A stretch of 64,000 bases of DNA from Alphaproteobacteria bacterium (GCA_049602055.1 JBMYRG010000018.1:2089-66088); one strand, 5' to 3'; positions 37,870 through 48,220 are shown, numbered from the stretch's first letter. Numbers and translations are program-made. Notes: generated from the sequence alone by a model not told the origin.

Positions 37870-38415
37870 TTAGTCCTTGCTCGCTCGTTGGGCTGCAAGT
37901 TCGGCAGCGGCAGCTGCTTCGCGCAGCGCTTCGACACGATCAGCTTCGCTCTCCAGCACGCCTGTCAGATTATCGCGAAACCGTATCAGAATGCAGCAAA
38001 CGATAAAGACGAAGGAGGCGGGAATGATTGAATGCAGCCAGTTCATCGGAATTTCCGCAACCTGACTGACATGCGTCAAATCGGCTATGGCGAACCAGGA
38101 CTGATAGACAATCAGGCCACCGATAAAGATAAAAACTAGAACAGAGATGCTGTTGACGATGGTCCTGGAAATTCCCGGCAGGGTTCGGGAAAGAAGGTCC
38201 ATTTTGAGATGGCCGCCATCCCAGGTAACCAGAATGCTACCGAGATAAACGGTCCAAACGAGAACATATCCCAGGACTTCTTCAGCCCAGATAATCGGCG
38301 CGAGAAAGACGTAGCGACCGGTGGCATTGGCGACAATTAGGAAGACACTGGCGATAAGCAGCAGGCCAAGAAAAAGCCGGATAATAGGCAGAAAATATCT
38401 GCGAATGGCCTCCAC
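37870..38415 (-). CDS. dctQ: TRAP transporter small permease
   Basis: 4-TM DctQ-like, with an Ala-rich C-terminal tail. GTG start. Confidence 0.75.
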   Translation of the reverse strand: MEAIRRYFLPIIRLFLGLLLIASVFLIVANATGRYVFLAPIIWAEEVLGYVLVWTVYLGSILVTWDGGHLKMDLLSRTLPGISRTIVNSISVLVFIFIGGLIVYQSWFAIADLTHVSQVAEIPMNWLHSIIPASFVFIVCCILIRFRDNLTGVLESEADRVEALREAAAAAELAAQRASKD

Positions 38416-38542
38416 GTGTATAATCCCCCCAGATTTTTTCTTTTTATGTCGTTATTAGCGTGGCGACATGCTGCTGAGACCGACCAGCCTTGTCAAGCAA
38501 CTGATACGCTGGCTTGCCAGTCCAGGCCGACGCTACTAGCCT

Positions 38543-39841
38543 GTGCCCATGCTGAGTAAGGAACAAAATCAACGGATAACCGAAAACGCACGCGACACAC
38601 CTGCCGGGGATTTGTTACGTCGCTATTGGCAACCAGCAGCGCTGGTCGATGAGCTGGTCGGTGATCGGCCAGCGGTGCCTGTCGAGCTCCTCGGCGAGCA
38701 GCTGGTACTGTTTCGAGATGAGCAGGGCGATTACGGCCTGGTAGGGCGGCAATGTCCCCATCGTGGTGCAGATTTGAAGTTCGGCAGGCTGGAAGACGGC
38801 GGTATTCGTTGCCCGTTTCATGGCTGGTTGTTTGATAAATACGGCAAATGTCTCGACCAACCTGCTGAGCCAGTGAACAGTAATTTCCATACCAAGATCA
38901 GCCATACGGCTTATCCCTGTGTTGAACGTAGCGGAATTGTCTTTGCCTATCTCGGGCCGGGTGATCCGCCGCCGGTACCTGCTTTCGACTGCTTTGTCGC
39001 GCCGGAAAATTTTACCTTCGCCTTCAAAGGCTATATTGATGCCAACTGGCTACAGGCGCTGGAGGTTGGTATAGACCCGGCGCACGCCTCCTTTCTGCAC
39101 CGGTTCTTTGAGGATAAAAACCTTGAAGACGGTTATGGCCAGCAATTCAGAGACTCTACAGAGGACATCCCGGTAACGAAGCTCCTTCGTGAGGCGGTTC
39201 GCCCGGATATTGACGTTGAAGAGACAGATTTCGGGATGCGGATCAAAACATTGCGCGATCTTGGGAATGCCGGAATGCATGTGCGGGTGACGAACCTTGC
39301 CTTCCCCAACGCCATTGTCATTCCGATGAGCAACGACATGACCATCAGCCAGTGGCATGTGCCGATCAACGACCGGGAATGTTACTGGTATGCGATCTTC
39401 ACCGATTTTGAACATGAGGTTGATCGTCAGGCCATGCGCGATCAACGTCTCGAACTGTACAGCCAGCCTGATTATAAACCGTTGCGCAATCGGTCAAATG
39501 ATTGGGGATATGATCCTGAGGAACAGCGTACGCAGACCTATACCGGGATGGGTATGGATATAAATGTTCATGACAATTGGGCGGTCGAGTCTCCGGGAGC
39601 GATTTTTGATCGGAGCACCGAGCATCTGGGTACAACGGACAAGGCGATTATCGCTTATCGCAAAATGCTGATGGCGGCGATCGACAAGGTGGAGGTCGGT
39701 AAAGACGCTCCCAAGCTGGGCGCGGCACTAACAGGGCCGATTGCCGTCGATACTATTGGCCCGGTCGAGGATTGGCAGAATAGCTGGATTGAGTGTGATA
39801 CGGCGCGGCGATGCCGGTCGCCCTGGGCGAAGGAGATTTAA
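38543..39841 (+). CDS. Rieske [2Fe-2S] non-heme iron oxygenase, alpha-only type (GbcA/KshA/phthalate-dioxygenase-like)
   Basis: Rieske motif CPHRG-x16-CPFHGW and mononuclear iron motif DPAHASFLH (D-x2-H-x4-H). 432 aa. No reductase or small subunit nearby. Confidence 0.8.
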   Translation: MPMLSKEQNQRITENARDTPAGDLLRRYWQPAALVDELVGDRPAVPVELLGEQLVLFRDEQGDYGLVGRQCPHRGADLKFGRLEDGGIRCPFHGWLFDKYGKCLDQPAEPVNSNFHTKISHTAYPCVERSGIVFAYLGPGDPPPVPAFDCFVAPENFTFAFKGYIDANWLQALEVGIDPAHASFLHRFFEDKNLEDGYGQQFRDSTEDIPVTKLLREAVRPDIDVEETDFGMRIKTLRDLGNAGMHVRVTNLAFPNAIVIPMSNDMTISQWHVPINDRECYWYAIFTDFEHEVDRQAMRDQRLELYSQPDYKPLRNRSNDWGYDPEEQRTQTYTGMGMDINVHDNWAVESPGAIFDRSTEHLGTTDKAIIAYRKMLMAAIDKVEVGKDAPKLGAALTGPIAVDTIGPVEDWQNSWIECDTARRCRSPWAKEI

Positions 39842-41301
39842 TGTCAAACGCCACGTCACATGGCAGAGGCAAGTTCGCAGAACGGTTTGGTCTACTCACG
39901 GCTGAGCGCGGACTGCGCAACGCCGAGATCGTCAAACAGGTCGATGCCGAAGGATTGGAGGTTATCCGCCTGTCCTTTGCCGATCAGCATGGCATCTTGC
40001 GTGGCAAGACTATCATGGCTGACGACCTATTGTCGGCGATGGAAGGGGGCGTTACGATGACGACGACACTTCTGGCGAAGGATACGTCACATAAGACGGT
40101 ATATCCGGTGTGGAGCAATGGTGGCGGCTTCGGTCTTGAGGCGATGACCGGTGCCCGGGATTTTGTCATGTTACCTGTACCGTCAACATTCCGTGTTTTG
40201 CCTTGGGTCGAGAATACTGGCTGGATGCTTTGCGATTTGTATTTCCCCGATGGCGGGACTGTCCCTTTCTCGACACGGGCTTTGTTACAGAGGACCGTAG
40301 AGGACCTCGCGACAGAGGGGTATGGAGCAACAGTTGGTCTTGAGGTCGAGTTTCACCTGTTCCATCTCCGCGATGAAGCTTTGCAGCCCGAAGATGCAGG
40401 GCAACCAGGTAAGCCCCCAAATGTCGACCTCCTGGCAAAAGGGTTTCAATATCTAACAGAAATTCGCGCTGACCAGCACGAGCCGATCATGCAGATTATT
40501 CGCCGAGAGGTCCTGGGACTTGGACTGCCGCTGCGTTCAACTGAAGTTGAATTCGGGCCAAGCCAGGCGGAAGTAACATTTCATCCCATGGCACCTGTTA
40601 AGGCAGCTGATACGATGGTTCAGTTCCGTAATGCCGTGAAACAGATTTGTCGTCGTCATGGCTATCACGCGACCTTTATGTGCAGGCCTCATCTTGAAAA
40701 CATGTTTTCCAGCGGTTGGCATCTCCATCAATCGCTGAGCAGCCTAAAAACCGATGACAACGTCTTTATGCCTGAAGGCGAAGGCGCACTGTCCCCAGTT
40801 GGATTGAATTATATTGGCGGCATTCTTGAACATGCGCGTGCAGCTTCCGTCTTTACGACGCCAACACTGAATGGGTACAAGCGCTACAAGTCCTTTACAC
40901 TGGCACCGGATCGTGCCGTTTGGTCAGTTGATAACCGGGGGGCGATGGTTCGTGCGATTGGAGGCACAGGTGATCCAGGGACACGGGTTGAAAACCGTAT
41001 CGGCGAGCCAGCGGCCAACCCATATCTCTATATTGCGTCACAGATTGCCTCGGGACTGGATGGCATTAGAAATCATCGCGACCCGGGTGAACCATCGGCG
41101 ACACCCTATGAGGCGGACAAATCTGCATTGCCGGGAAGCCTTATGGAAGCGGTATCCGCTCTTCGCGACAGCGCATTCTTCCGGGAAGCGTTCGGTGACG
41201 AATTTGTTGACTATATCGTAGCCATCAAGGAGGCTGAAATCGCCCGGTTCCTGTCAGAAACCAATGATTGGGAACATCGGGAATATTTCGATCTTTTCTA
41301 A
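39841..41301 (+). CDS. glutamine synthetase family protein (gamma-glutamyl-amine ligase-like: GmaS/PuuA/TdnQ type)
   Basis: GS beta-grasp N-domain plus a catalytic domain. TAATG start/stop overlap with the Rieske gene. RBS AGGAG. 486 aa. Confidence 0.75.
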   Translation: MSNATSHGRGKFAERFGLLTAERGLRNAEIVKQVDAEGLEVIRLSFADQHGILRGKTIMADDLLSAMEGGVTMTTTLLAKDTSHKTVYPVWSNGGGFGLEAMTGARDFVMLPVPSTFRVLPWVENTGWMLCDLYFPDGGTVPFSTRALLQRTVEDLATEGYGATVGLEVEFHLFHLRDEALQPEDAGQPGKPPNVDLLAKGFQYLTEIRADQHEPIMQIIRREVLGLGLPLRSTEVEFGPSQAEVTFHPMAPVKAADTMVQFRNAVKQICRRHGYHATFMCRPHLENMFSSGWHLHQSLSSLKTDDNVFMPEGEGALSPVGLNYIGGILEHARAASVFTTPTLNGYKRYKSFTLAPDRAVWSVDNRGAMVRAIGGTGDPGTRVENRIGEPAANPYLYIASQIASGLDGIRNHRDPGEPSATPYEADKSALPGSLMEAVSALRDSAFFREAFGDEFVDYIVAIKEAEIARFLSETNDWEHREYFDLF

Positions 41302-41387
41302 TGGCCCGATGTTTGGAAATGGCAATTTATTTGCCAAACATAATTGGCCAGCGTAGTTTACCGCCATGTACCGTTTTGTAAAAATAT

Positions 41388-42033
41388 TTGCGTTGCTCTT
41401 TTTTCCTGCGAATGCTGGTCGCAGGATCCGTGCGCGCAGACGTGATCATCAATTACACGTGTACTGTTGATAATTTTAATTCGGGACCCTTCACATCCGG
41501 TGCAGCTATTACCGGTCAGATTGTTATGGATGAAACCGTTGTGGCGACGGGCGTCAATAATACTTTCAATAACGTCATCACCAGTTTCTCGTTCCATGTT
41601 GCTGAGCCGGGGGTTTCCGGTGGGTTGACCTGTACAGGGTCTGGTGGTCGCGTGCAGCAATTTTCCAATGCTGGCGGCACAACCGATTTTCTTTCCGTGG
41701 CCCTAAATGGATCGAACGGTAGTTTTTCGGGCCCAAGCCACAATGGTTATACCCCCCCTTAGTTTTGACATCGATTTTCGCGTGGCTGATCTGTTTTCTG
41801 ATCCGACTATTTTGGCAAGCAATTTGACTGAAGCCGATTTTTCTTGGTCGTTTTTATCCTTTACCTTTGGTCACCCAAAGCTGGCGAATGCGCTTAAGGT
41901 TGAACGAGGACTTGATACTGTGTCGTTCACCAGCGACAGCGTTCCCGAGCCCGGGACGGTATTGGTTTTTGGCGTCGGTGTTCTCGCTATCGCCTTAAAT
42001 CGACGACACAGGCGTCGTCACAATATTAGCTAG
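41388..42033 (+). pseudogene. PEP-CTERM sorting-signal protein, frameshifted at a C7 tract
   Basis: Two overlapping ORFs in different frames (41388-41762 and 41707-42033). The C-terminus VPEPGTVLVFGVGVLAIALNRRHRRR is a PEP-CTERM signal. The frame switch sits at CCCCCCC (41752-41758). Confidence 0.55.
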
Positions 42034-43262
42034 CGGACAAACTCAAGCGCGAACCCGTCAAGCGGCACGTTGTCCCGCTGTTCCATAGCCTTTGATTTCT
42101 CCCAGGCTTCGGCCGGCGTTGTTGACGCCTCAAGCTCTTTAAGCCTTGGAAAAACCTCTTCGGCATAAAGCTTCATGGAATTTTCAGTTTCCTCATGGGT
42201 GACGAAACCGGCCTGACCCATCATCAGCATGTTGCCAAAGCCACCAGAATATTCCCAGAAGTTCTTGATTTGCTCATAAACCTGGTTGGGCGTTCCCGCA
42301 AAGACATTGCCGCGGGCCATCTGATCATCAAGCGTTGCTGTGAGAGGGACGCCTGAGCCACCACGCGCACCCTTCATAATCTGGGCGGCGATCTGTGGCG
42401 GGTGATAGCCGGGTGGGTTGGACCAGTAGCCCGGTACCTTGTTGGCGGACATATACCACAACAGCTTTTCGGCCCCTTCGCGTGCTTTCTTTTCATTGTC
42501 TGCAACGTAAACAAGTCCGAGATAGGCAAGTCGGTCAAATGGCGCATGTTCACCATGCATTTTGAGATAGTCTTCACGATAGCCGTCAAAAATTTCGCGA
42601 ATGCGGGGGTAGCCGGCGAGGAATACCGCACCGACATGTTTGTGCTGCGCGACGGGCGTCGTGCTGGAGCGACCACCCATCGTAATCCAGACTGGTGGTG
42701 CAGGCTGTTGATATGGCCGCGGCCAAATGTTGATTTGCCTGCCATGGAACCAACGTCCTTCATAGTTGAAAGGACCGTCATGAGTTGTCCACGCTTTCAT
42801 GATCATATCATGGGCTTCCCACAAGCGTTGGCTACCACGATGCGCTGTCCTGTTTGCCGGTGCCGCTTCATAAGGGACGCCACGAACAAATCCACATTCC
42901 AGACGACCTTTGGAGATCACGTCAATTAGGGCCATCTCCTCAGCAACCCGGATAGGGTTACGCCGGTTGGAAATTGGATTTCCCAAAATAAGCAGTCGGG
43001 CTTTGCTGGTTTCACGCGCGAGAATTGACAGCATAAGCGGCGCGGCCGGCACCATACAGGTTGCCGTCTGGTGATGCTCATTGTTCATGATGTCGAGGCC
43101 ATAGCTCTCGGCCATGCACCACATATCAAGATACCAGTTATAGAGTTCGTGTCCGCGCTCGGGATCGAAGTTTGAATTTGGCAGATTGACGCGGATGGAT
43201 TCGTATTCCTCCTGCGGCGGCAAATCCGGATAGGCGTCCTCGGTAAACCAATAAGTTCTCAT
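42030..43262 (-). CDS. LLM-class (luciferase-like) flavin-dependent monooxygenase
   Basis: 410-aa TIM-barrel LLM family signature. Confidence 0.75.
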   Translation of the reverse strand: MRTYWFTEDAYPDLPPQEEYESIRVNLPNSNFDPERGHELYNWYLDMWCMAESYGLDIMNNEHHQTATCMVPAAPLMLSILARETSKARLLILGNPISNRRNPIRVAEEMALIDVISKGRLECGFVRGVPYEAAPANRTAHRGSQRLWEAHDMIMKAWTTHDGPFNYEGRWFHGRQINIWPRPYQQPAPPVWITMGGRSSTTPVAQHKHVGAVFLAGYPRIREIFDGYREDYLKMHGEHAPFDRLAYLGLVYVADNEKKAREGAEKLLWYMSANKVPGYWSNPPGYHPPQIAAQIMKGARGGSGVPLTATLDDQMARGNVFAGTPNQVYEQIKNFWEYSGGFGNMLMMGQAGFVTHEETENSMKLYAEEVFPRLKELEASTTPAEAWEKSKAMEQRDNVPLDGFALEFVR

Positions 43263-43274
43263 GTTTGTATTCCG

Positions 43275-44048
43275 TCAGTCTGTAAAGGCAAACACTTCGC
43301 TCACGAAGCGTTCGGTCTGTTCTGCATACGGCGAATGACCCGCTTCCGGGATTGCCACGAATTTTGCTCCTGGGATCAGCGCGGCATAAGCCTTGCCATA
43401 ATCGTTAGTGACGAGCCCGTCGCTTTCACCCCACAAGAATAATGTAGGTGCGGTAACGCGGTGCAGCCGCTGTGGGAGTTTCGGGTTGTGCATATAAGGC
43501 TCCCAGGCGTAGAGCCCCAGCGCAATTCGGTTTGCCGCGACAGCCGCCAGTGCTTCATCCGACAAGGTGCTCATATCCCGGGCATTTGCCGGGTCATGAT
43601 ACATCAATCTGGCGGCTTCATCCGGCGGGATCCCGAATACATCGACGATATCGCGATCCGTTGGTCCACCAATTTTTACACCAACGGCATCGACGAGAAT
43701 TACTTTCGAGAAACGGGCGCAATTAATTGATGCCAACTCTGCGGCGAGCCAGCCGCCCATCGAGATGCCCATCAACACGGCATTGTCGATTTCCAGAGCA
43801 TCCAGTACGTCCAGATAGAAATGCACGAGTTCGGGCATGCCATCGAAATGATCAGGCATTTTTGTGCCATCGAACCCAGGGTGCGACGGTGCGATAACCT
43901 CGAACTTTTCCGCCAGCTTGTCGACGACTGGGTGGTCAGCGATTGAGCCGCCGCCGCCATGCAGTAAGAGTAGCTGGGGTCCGGTTCCTTTACGGCTGAC
44001 GGTAATCTCGCCGACGGGAAGTTTTATTGTCTCGGTTGTTGCGCCCAT
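43275..44048 (-). CDS. alpha/beta-fold hydrolase
   Basis: LLLLHGGGGS and GISMGG nucleophile elbow; 12 nt upstream of the LLM gene, same strand. Confidence 0.75.
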   Translation of the reverse strand: MGATTETIKLPVGEITVSRKGTGPQLLLLHGGGGSIADHPVVDKLAEKFEVIAPSHPGFDGTKMPDHFDGMPELVHFYLDVLDALEIDNAVLMGISMGGWLAAELASINCARFSKVILVDAVGVKIGGPTDRDIVDVFGIPPDEAARLMYHDPANARDMSTLSDEALAAVAANRIALGLYAWEPYMHNPKLPQRLHRVTAPTLFLWGESDGLVTNDYGKAYAALIPGAKFVAIPEAGHSPYAEQTERFVSEVFAFTD

Positions 44049-44260
44049 GGCCTCCTCGTGCCTTTGCGATCAATTTACTAATGCATTTCCTATCACAATG
44101 ATGGCGTGGGTTCTAATGCCTGACGCATATTTTTTTGTTATGGGAAGCTTGCGGTCGAATTAGACCCTGATCCTTAGGGTTTTTACAATTGACCGTGACC
44201 AGCTAAGTACCTCATGTGTTTAACAGATAAAGAAATTTCGCGTTATAAAACTTAGAGATC

Positions 44261-44680
44261 ATGCTCACATCGATTCTTAATTTTCGTGAAATTTTGCAAA
44301 CGCTGGGTCAGTCCATTACCCGGCCGCTTTCAGATCCTATGGAATTCATTGTTATGGATGCCTTTTTGGTCATCCTGGTGCTCTATGTATTCCTGTTTAT
44401 TCGAAAAATCGTCAGATTGTGCATTCGTTTAGTGAAGCGCCCGCTGGTGCAGGCCAGTGTTGATGAGCCCTGTATTATCAGCCGGCGGACGGCAGAGGCA
44501 GCGCTATCAAAGGCGGTGGCCGCGAAGCAGCTCCTGGCGGCCAGTAGAAAAACCAAAAATCCGTTCAAACTCTTGCGCCGACCGTTTCGAGGGTTGTTTA
44601 AAAAATTATCCGGGTGGATTTCATCTGAGGCGTTTAAGGGGGTAGTCAAATCACTCGTTAAACTCGTGAGCCTGGCATAA
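44261..44680 (+). CDS. hypothetical small membrane protein
   Basis: One TM helix (FLVILVLYVFLFI) plus a basic amphipathic C-terminal region. Sits in an AT-richer stretch. No family recognised. Confidence 0.3.
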   Translation: MLTSILNFREILQTLGQSITRPLSDPMEFIVMDAFLVILVLYVFLFIRKIVRLCIRLVKRPLVQASVDEPCIISRRTAEAALSKAVAAKQLLAASRKTKNPFKLLRRPFRGLFKKLSGWISSEAFKGVVKSLVKLVSLA

Positions 44681-44773
44681 GGGTTTGTTCGGCTGAAAAT
44701 TAAAAAAGAGCCTGCCGCGACATCCGAAGGCGTTCAGCTAAATCGGCCCGTCCCGGCGCCAACATATGAAACT

Positions 44774-45878
44774 GTGGATGAGACTCCACCGGCAGCAGTT
44801 GTCACGCCGCCCGACATGGCATCGGAACCAGATATGGAACCTGCGCCGTCGCCGCAACCTATGCCTGCCGCTCCGATCCCGCCAACACCAGCCCCGGTCG
44901 TTCCTCTGGTTGCTGAGCCGCAATCGCCCGTACATAGGGTCGTGCCGCCTGCTATGCCAGCGACACTGACCATGCCGGTCGAACCAGTCGCCACTAGTAG
45001 AACAACAGCAACAGTCGAGACACCTGTCCGCGCTGCTGATCTGTTGCCCCAACCGGCCGTGCCTGAGCCACACCCATCGCCTGCAGCGGTATCGGTTGCT
45101 GATGAAACAGCCCTGACCGCCGCGTTTGAGCAAGAACTCCGTAATGCGCAGCAGGCTGAGACCCAGCTACGTGAATTGAAGGTCAAAGCGGCGGCAACAG
45201 CGCTACAAAAGGGGGTCCCTGGCAGCTAACAGGTCGGTGGAAGAAGCGTTGCCATGGTATGAGAAGGCGGCTGAACTTGATCCAGCCTCGGCGACAGTGC
45301 AGTTAGGATTGTCCCGGCTTTACAAGGAAACTGGAAACTTGTTGGGCGCGTTTGAAGCGGCGCAGAAAGCCTTTGCTGGCTCGCATGATCAGCAAGCGCA
45401 GTCACTTGCCCTCGAGAGTATGGATCAGGTCATTGTTGCAAAAACGGATGAGCCAGTCGCTCCTGAACCGGCCCCCCGGTCTTTGGCGAAGATTACCAGA
45501 TTACTGGAAACAAATCCCGACAATCCAGACCTGCAGCGGGACCTTTCAATCGCCTATGATGAAATTGGCGATCAACACGCGTAGCAGGATAACTTGATTG
45601 GCGCTCTGGAGTGTTTTGAGGCGTCCTTGATGATTATCGGGCGTCTGGCCACATCCTACCCGGACAATACCGTTTACCTCAGAGATTTCTCAATTTGTCA
45701 GGAGAAGATTGGTGAAGTCCAGAATGCCCTTGGCAATGGGGCGGCGGCGATAGCCGCCTATGAGGAAAGCCTTCCCATTGTGACGATGCTCGCAAACCGG
45801 TTCCCGGACGAAGAGGAACACAGTTTTGATCTCAAAATTACGAAAGACAGGTTGGCCGAACTAAAGGCGATAGCCTGA
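44774..45878 (+). pseudogene. Pro-rich / TPR-repeat protein gene disrupted by a frameshift and an in-frame TAG
   Basis: Three consecutive ORFs. A Pro/Ala-rich N-terminal part ends at 45229. The reading frame shifts within 45180-45226, a stretch containing AAAAGGGGG. TPR-like repeats (…RDLSIAYDEIGDQHA*QDNLIGALE…) carry an in-frame TAG at 45582-45584. Confidence 0.5.
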
Positions 45879-45880
45879 TC

Positions 45881-48220
45881 TTATTGTTGTGCGGCCTGAA
45901 TTGCTTTCCAAATGTTATGGGCAGATGCGGGCATTTCGACGTCTTTGACACCTAAACCTTTGAGCGCATCGACGACCCCGTTGAGAATACAACCGAGCGC
46001 GGGTGTCGTTCCAGCCTCGCCCGCAGAACGAATGCCGAGCGGGTTCATAGGCGTCAGCACTTCATGACATTCGGTAGTAAAATTAGGCATGTCCGCTGCC
46101 AAAGGCATGGCATAATCCATCAGGGTGGCCGCCAGCGGTTGGCCCGTATCCGGGTCGAAAACGAAATCTTCGAACATGGCTTCACTGGCACCCTGGACGA
46201 TACCGCCCTGAATTTGCCCTTCAACGATGATCGGATTGATCACGCGACCGACGTCATCCACCGCTGTATAGCGATCCAGTTTCATGGTGCCGGTTTCTGG
46301 ATCAACTTCAACCTCACAAATGTGAGTGCCGTATGGAAAAGCCGGTGTTCGCATCAGGTTCTCGGCATTTTCGGCAAGACCGTCTGCCAAATCCTCCGGC
46401 AGATCGGGTGCTGCTTTTATTCGATCGGCGAGTTCGAACCAGTCTATTGATCGGTCAGTCCCGGAAATCGTAAAGCTGCCTTCGTTGAATTCGATATCAC
46501 TATCAGCAGCTTCCATGACGTGGGCCGCCAGTCTTTTGCCTTTTTCGATAAGCTTGTCTGCGGCCATGACGATGACGGTCCCCGCCATACGCATAGAACG
46601 TCCTGAATGCGAGCCGCCACCGACGGAAACAAACGAGGTGTCACCCTGCAACAACTCGACTTTGTCAAAAGGCACACAGAGCCATTCCGATGCGACCTGG
46701 CAAAAGCTGGTCTCATGTCCTTGACCGCTATCCTGTGTGCCAATGACAACCTCAACGCGGTTGTCATCATTGAAGGAAATCTCCGCCCGTTCCAGCGGTG
46801 CCCCGGATGAGCTTTCTATATAAGAACAAATGCCAAGGCCGCGGCGCAGACCATTAGCCTCAGATTGCTCTCTGCGATCTGTGAAACCGGCAACATCTGA
46901 AAGTTCCTGGGCGCGTTCCAAACAGTGATGATATTCGCCGCTGTCATAGGTCATGCCAAGCGGGTTGGCGAAAGGCATCGCATCGCTGGTTACAAGATTG
47001 CGTCGTCGGATTTCGAAACGGTCGATACCCATCTCGTCCGCCGCCGTATCGACGAGCCGTTCGAGGGCGTAAATCACTTCAGGCCGTCCGGCACTTCGGT
47101 ATGGATTGGTCGGTACAGAGTGGCTGAAAACGCCGCGCGCATGGACGGTGGCTGCAGGAATTGCATAACCGCCTGTCACGATCTCTGCACCCTTTGAAAG
47201 GGGGGTAAATGACAATGTATAGGCGCCGATATTGGATAGATTATCGGCTTTCATGGCGAGGAACGTGCCGTTCTCATCCAATGCCAGTTCTAGCGAGGTT
47301 ACGAGGTCACGGCCCTGGAAGTCTGTGAGGAAACATTCTGTCCGGCTGGTCGTGTTCTTGACCGGCCTGCCAAGACGTTTGGCGGCCCACATCACCAGCG
47401 GATACTCCGGAAATAACCGGTTACGGGTGCCAAAGTTACCGCCGACGTCTTTGGTAACAACACGGATCTGGTCGGCATCGACACCAAAAATCTGTATCAA
47501 TTCTTTTTTATATCTCACGGCACCACCGCCACCCGCGTATAGCGTGTATTCACCGGTTGCTGGGTCAAACGCTCCCAGGCCCGCGCGCGGTTCCATGGGA
47601 ACTCCTGTGTTCCGTGTGATCCGGAATTTCATGCGGGTAACGTGATGCGCCTCGGCAAAAGCTTTGTCGGTCGCCTCTACATCGCCGAAAGTTGTATCCA
47701 GGCAGACATTGCCAGGAATGCCATCCCATACGCGGGGTGCACCATCGGCTGCTGCAGCTTCGGTTACCGTCACAGAGGCTAGGGGCTCATAATCAATTTT
47801 AACCAGCTCCGCGGCATCGGCTGCAAGTTCAGTTGTCTCAGCGACAAGCATAGCGACGGCCTCGCCCGTAAACCGGGGTTTTTCAGGGGGCAGAGGATAG
47901 TTAATACCGAGATAAACCTTGGACCATTTTTCTTCATTCATACCCAGCCCGTCGCCACCGGATGGGACCGGGCTATGGGGTATCGGCGCGAGGCCGTCAT
48001 CAAGCCAATCCTGACCGGTTAAAACCGTGAGAACACCTTCGACGGCGAGGGCGGCAGACGCATCAATCGAGACAATTCTTGCGAAGGCATGCGGTGACCG
48101 TAGGAAAACCGCATAGGCCTGATTTGGCAGGCTCGTATCGTCGCTATATTCGCCTTTTCCGGTTAATCGACGATGATCTTCGTTGCGCAGCAACGGCTTA
48201 CCGATTGCTTTTGTATCCAT
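45881..48220 (-). CDS. xanthine dehydrogenase/aldehyde oxidase family molybdopterin-binding large subunit (CoxL-like)
   Basis: 779 aa; a/b hammerhead N-terminus plus molybdopterin-binding domains. No adjacent 2Fe-2S or FAD subunit genes. Confidence 0.8.
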   Translation of the reverse strand: MDTKAIGKPLLRNEDHRRLTGKGEYSDDTSLPNQAYAVFLRSPHAFARIVSIDASAALAVEGVLTVLTGQDWLDDGLAPIPHSPVPSGGDGLGMNEEKWSKVYLGINYPLPPEKPRFTGEAVAMLVAETTELAADAAELVKIDYEPLASVTVTEAAAADGAPRVWDGIPGNVCLDTTFGDVEATDKAFAEAHHVTRMKFRITRNTGVPMEPRAGLGAFDPATGEYTLYAGGGGAVRYKKELIQIFGVDADQIRVVTKDVGGNFGTRNRLFPEYPLVMWAAKRLGRPVKNTTSRTECFLTDFQGRDLVTSLELALDENGTFLAMKADNLSNIGAYTLSFTPLSKGAEIVTGGYAIPAATVHARGVFSHSVPTNPYRSAGRPEVIYALERLVDTAADEMGIDRFEIRRRNLVTSDAMPFANPLGMTYDSGEYHHCLERAQELSDVAGFTDRREQSEANGLRRGLGICSYIESSSGAPLERAEISFNDDNRVEVVIGTQDSGQGHETSFCQVASEWLCVPFDKVELLQGDTSFVSVGGGSHSGRSMRMAGTVIVMAADKLIEKGKRLAAHVMEAADSDIEFNEGSFTISGTDRSIDWFELADRIKAAPDLPEDLADGLAENAENLMRTPAFPYGTHICEVEVDPETGTMKLDRYTAVDDVGRVINPIIVEGQIQGGIVQGASEAMFEDFVFDPDTGQPLAATLMDYAMPLAADMPNFTTECHEVLTPMNPLGIRSAGEAGTTPALGCILNGVVDALKGLGVKDVEMPASAHNIWKAIQAAQQ

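Noticed and set aside
41302-41387. TGGCAA-tttat-TTGCCA hairpin after the GS-like gene as a terminator
   Set aside because: Only a 6-bp AT-rich stem and no downstream T-run; too weak to call.
44734-45186. 150-aa Gly/Thr/Ala-rich ORF on the minus strand
   Set aside because: It is the reverse-complement reading of the Pro/Ala-rich N-terminal region of the Pro-rich/TPR gene, i.e. a low-complexity mirror artefact.
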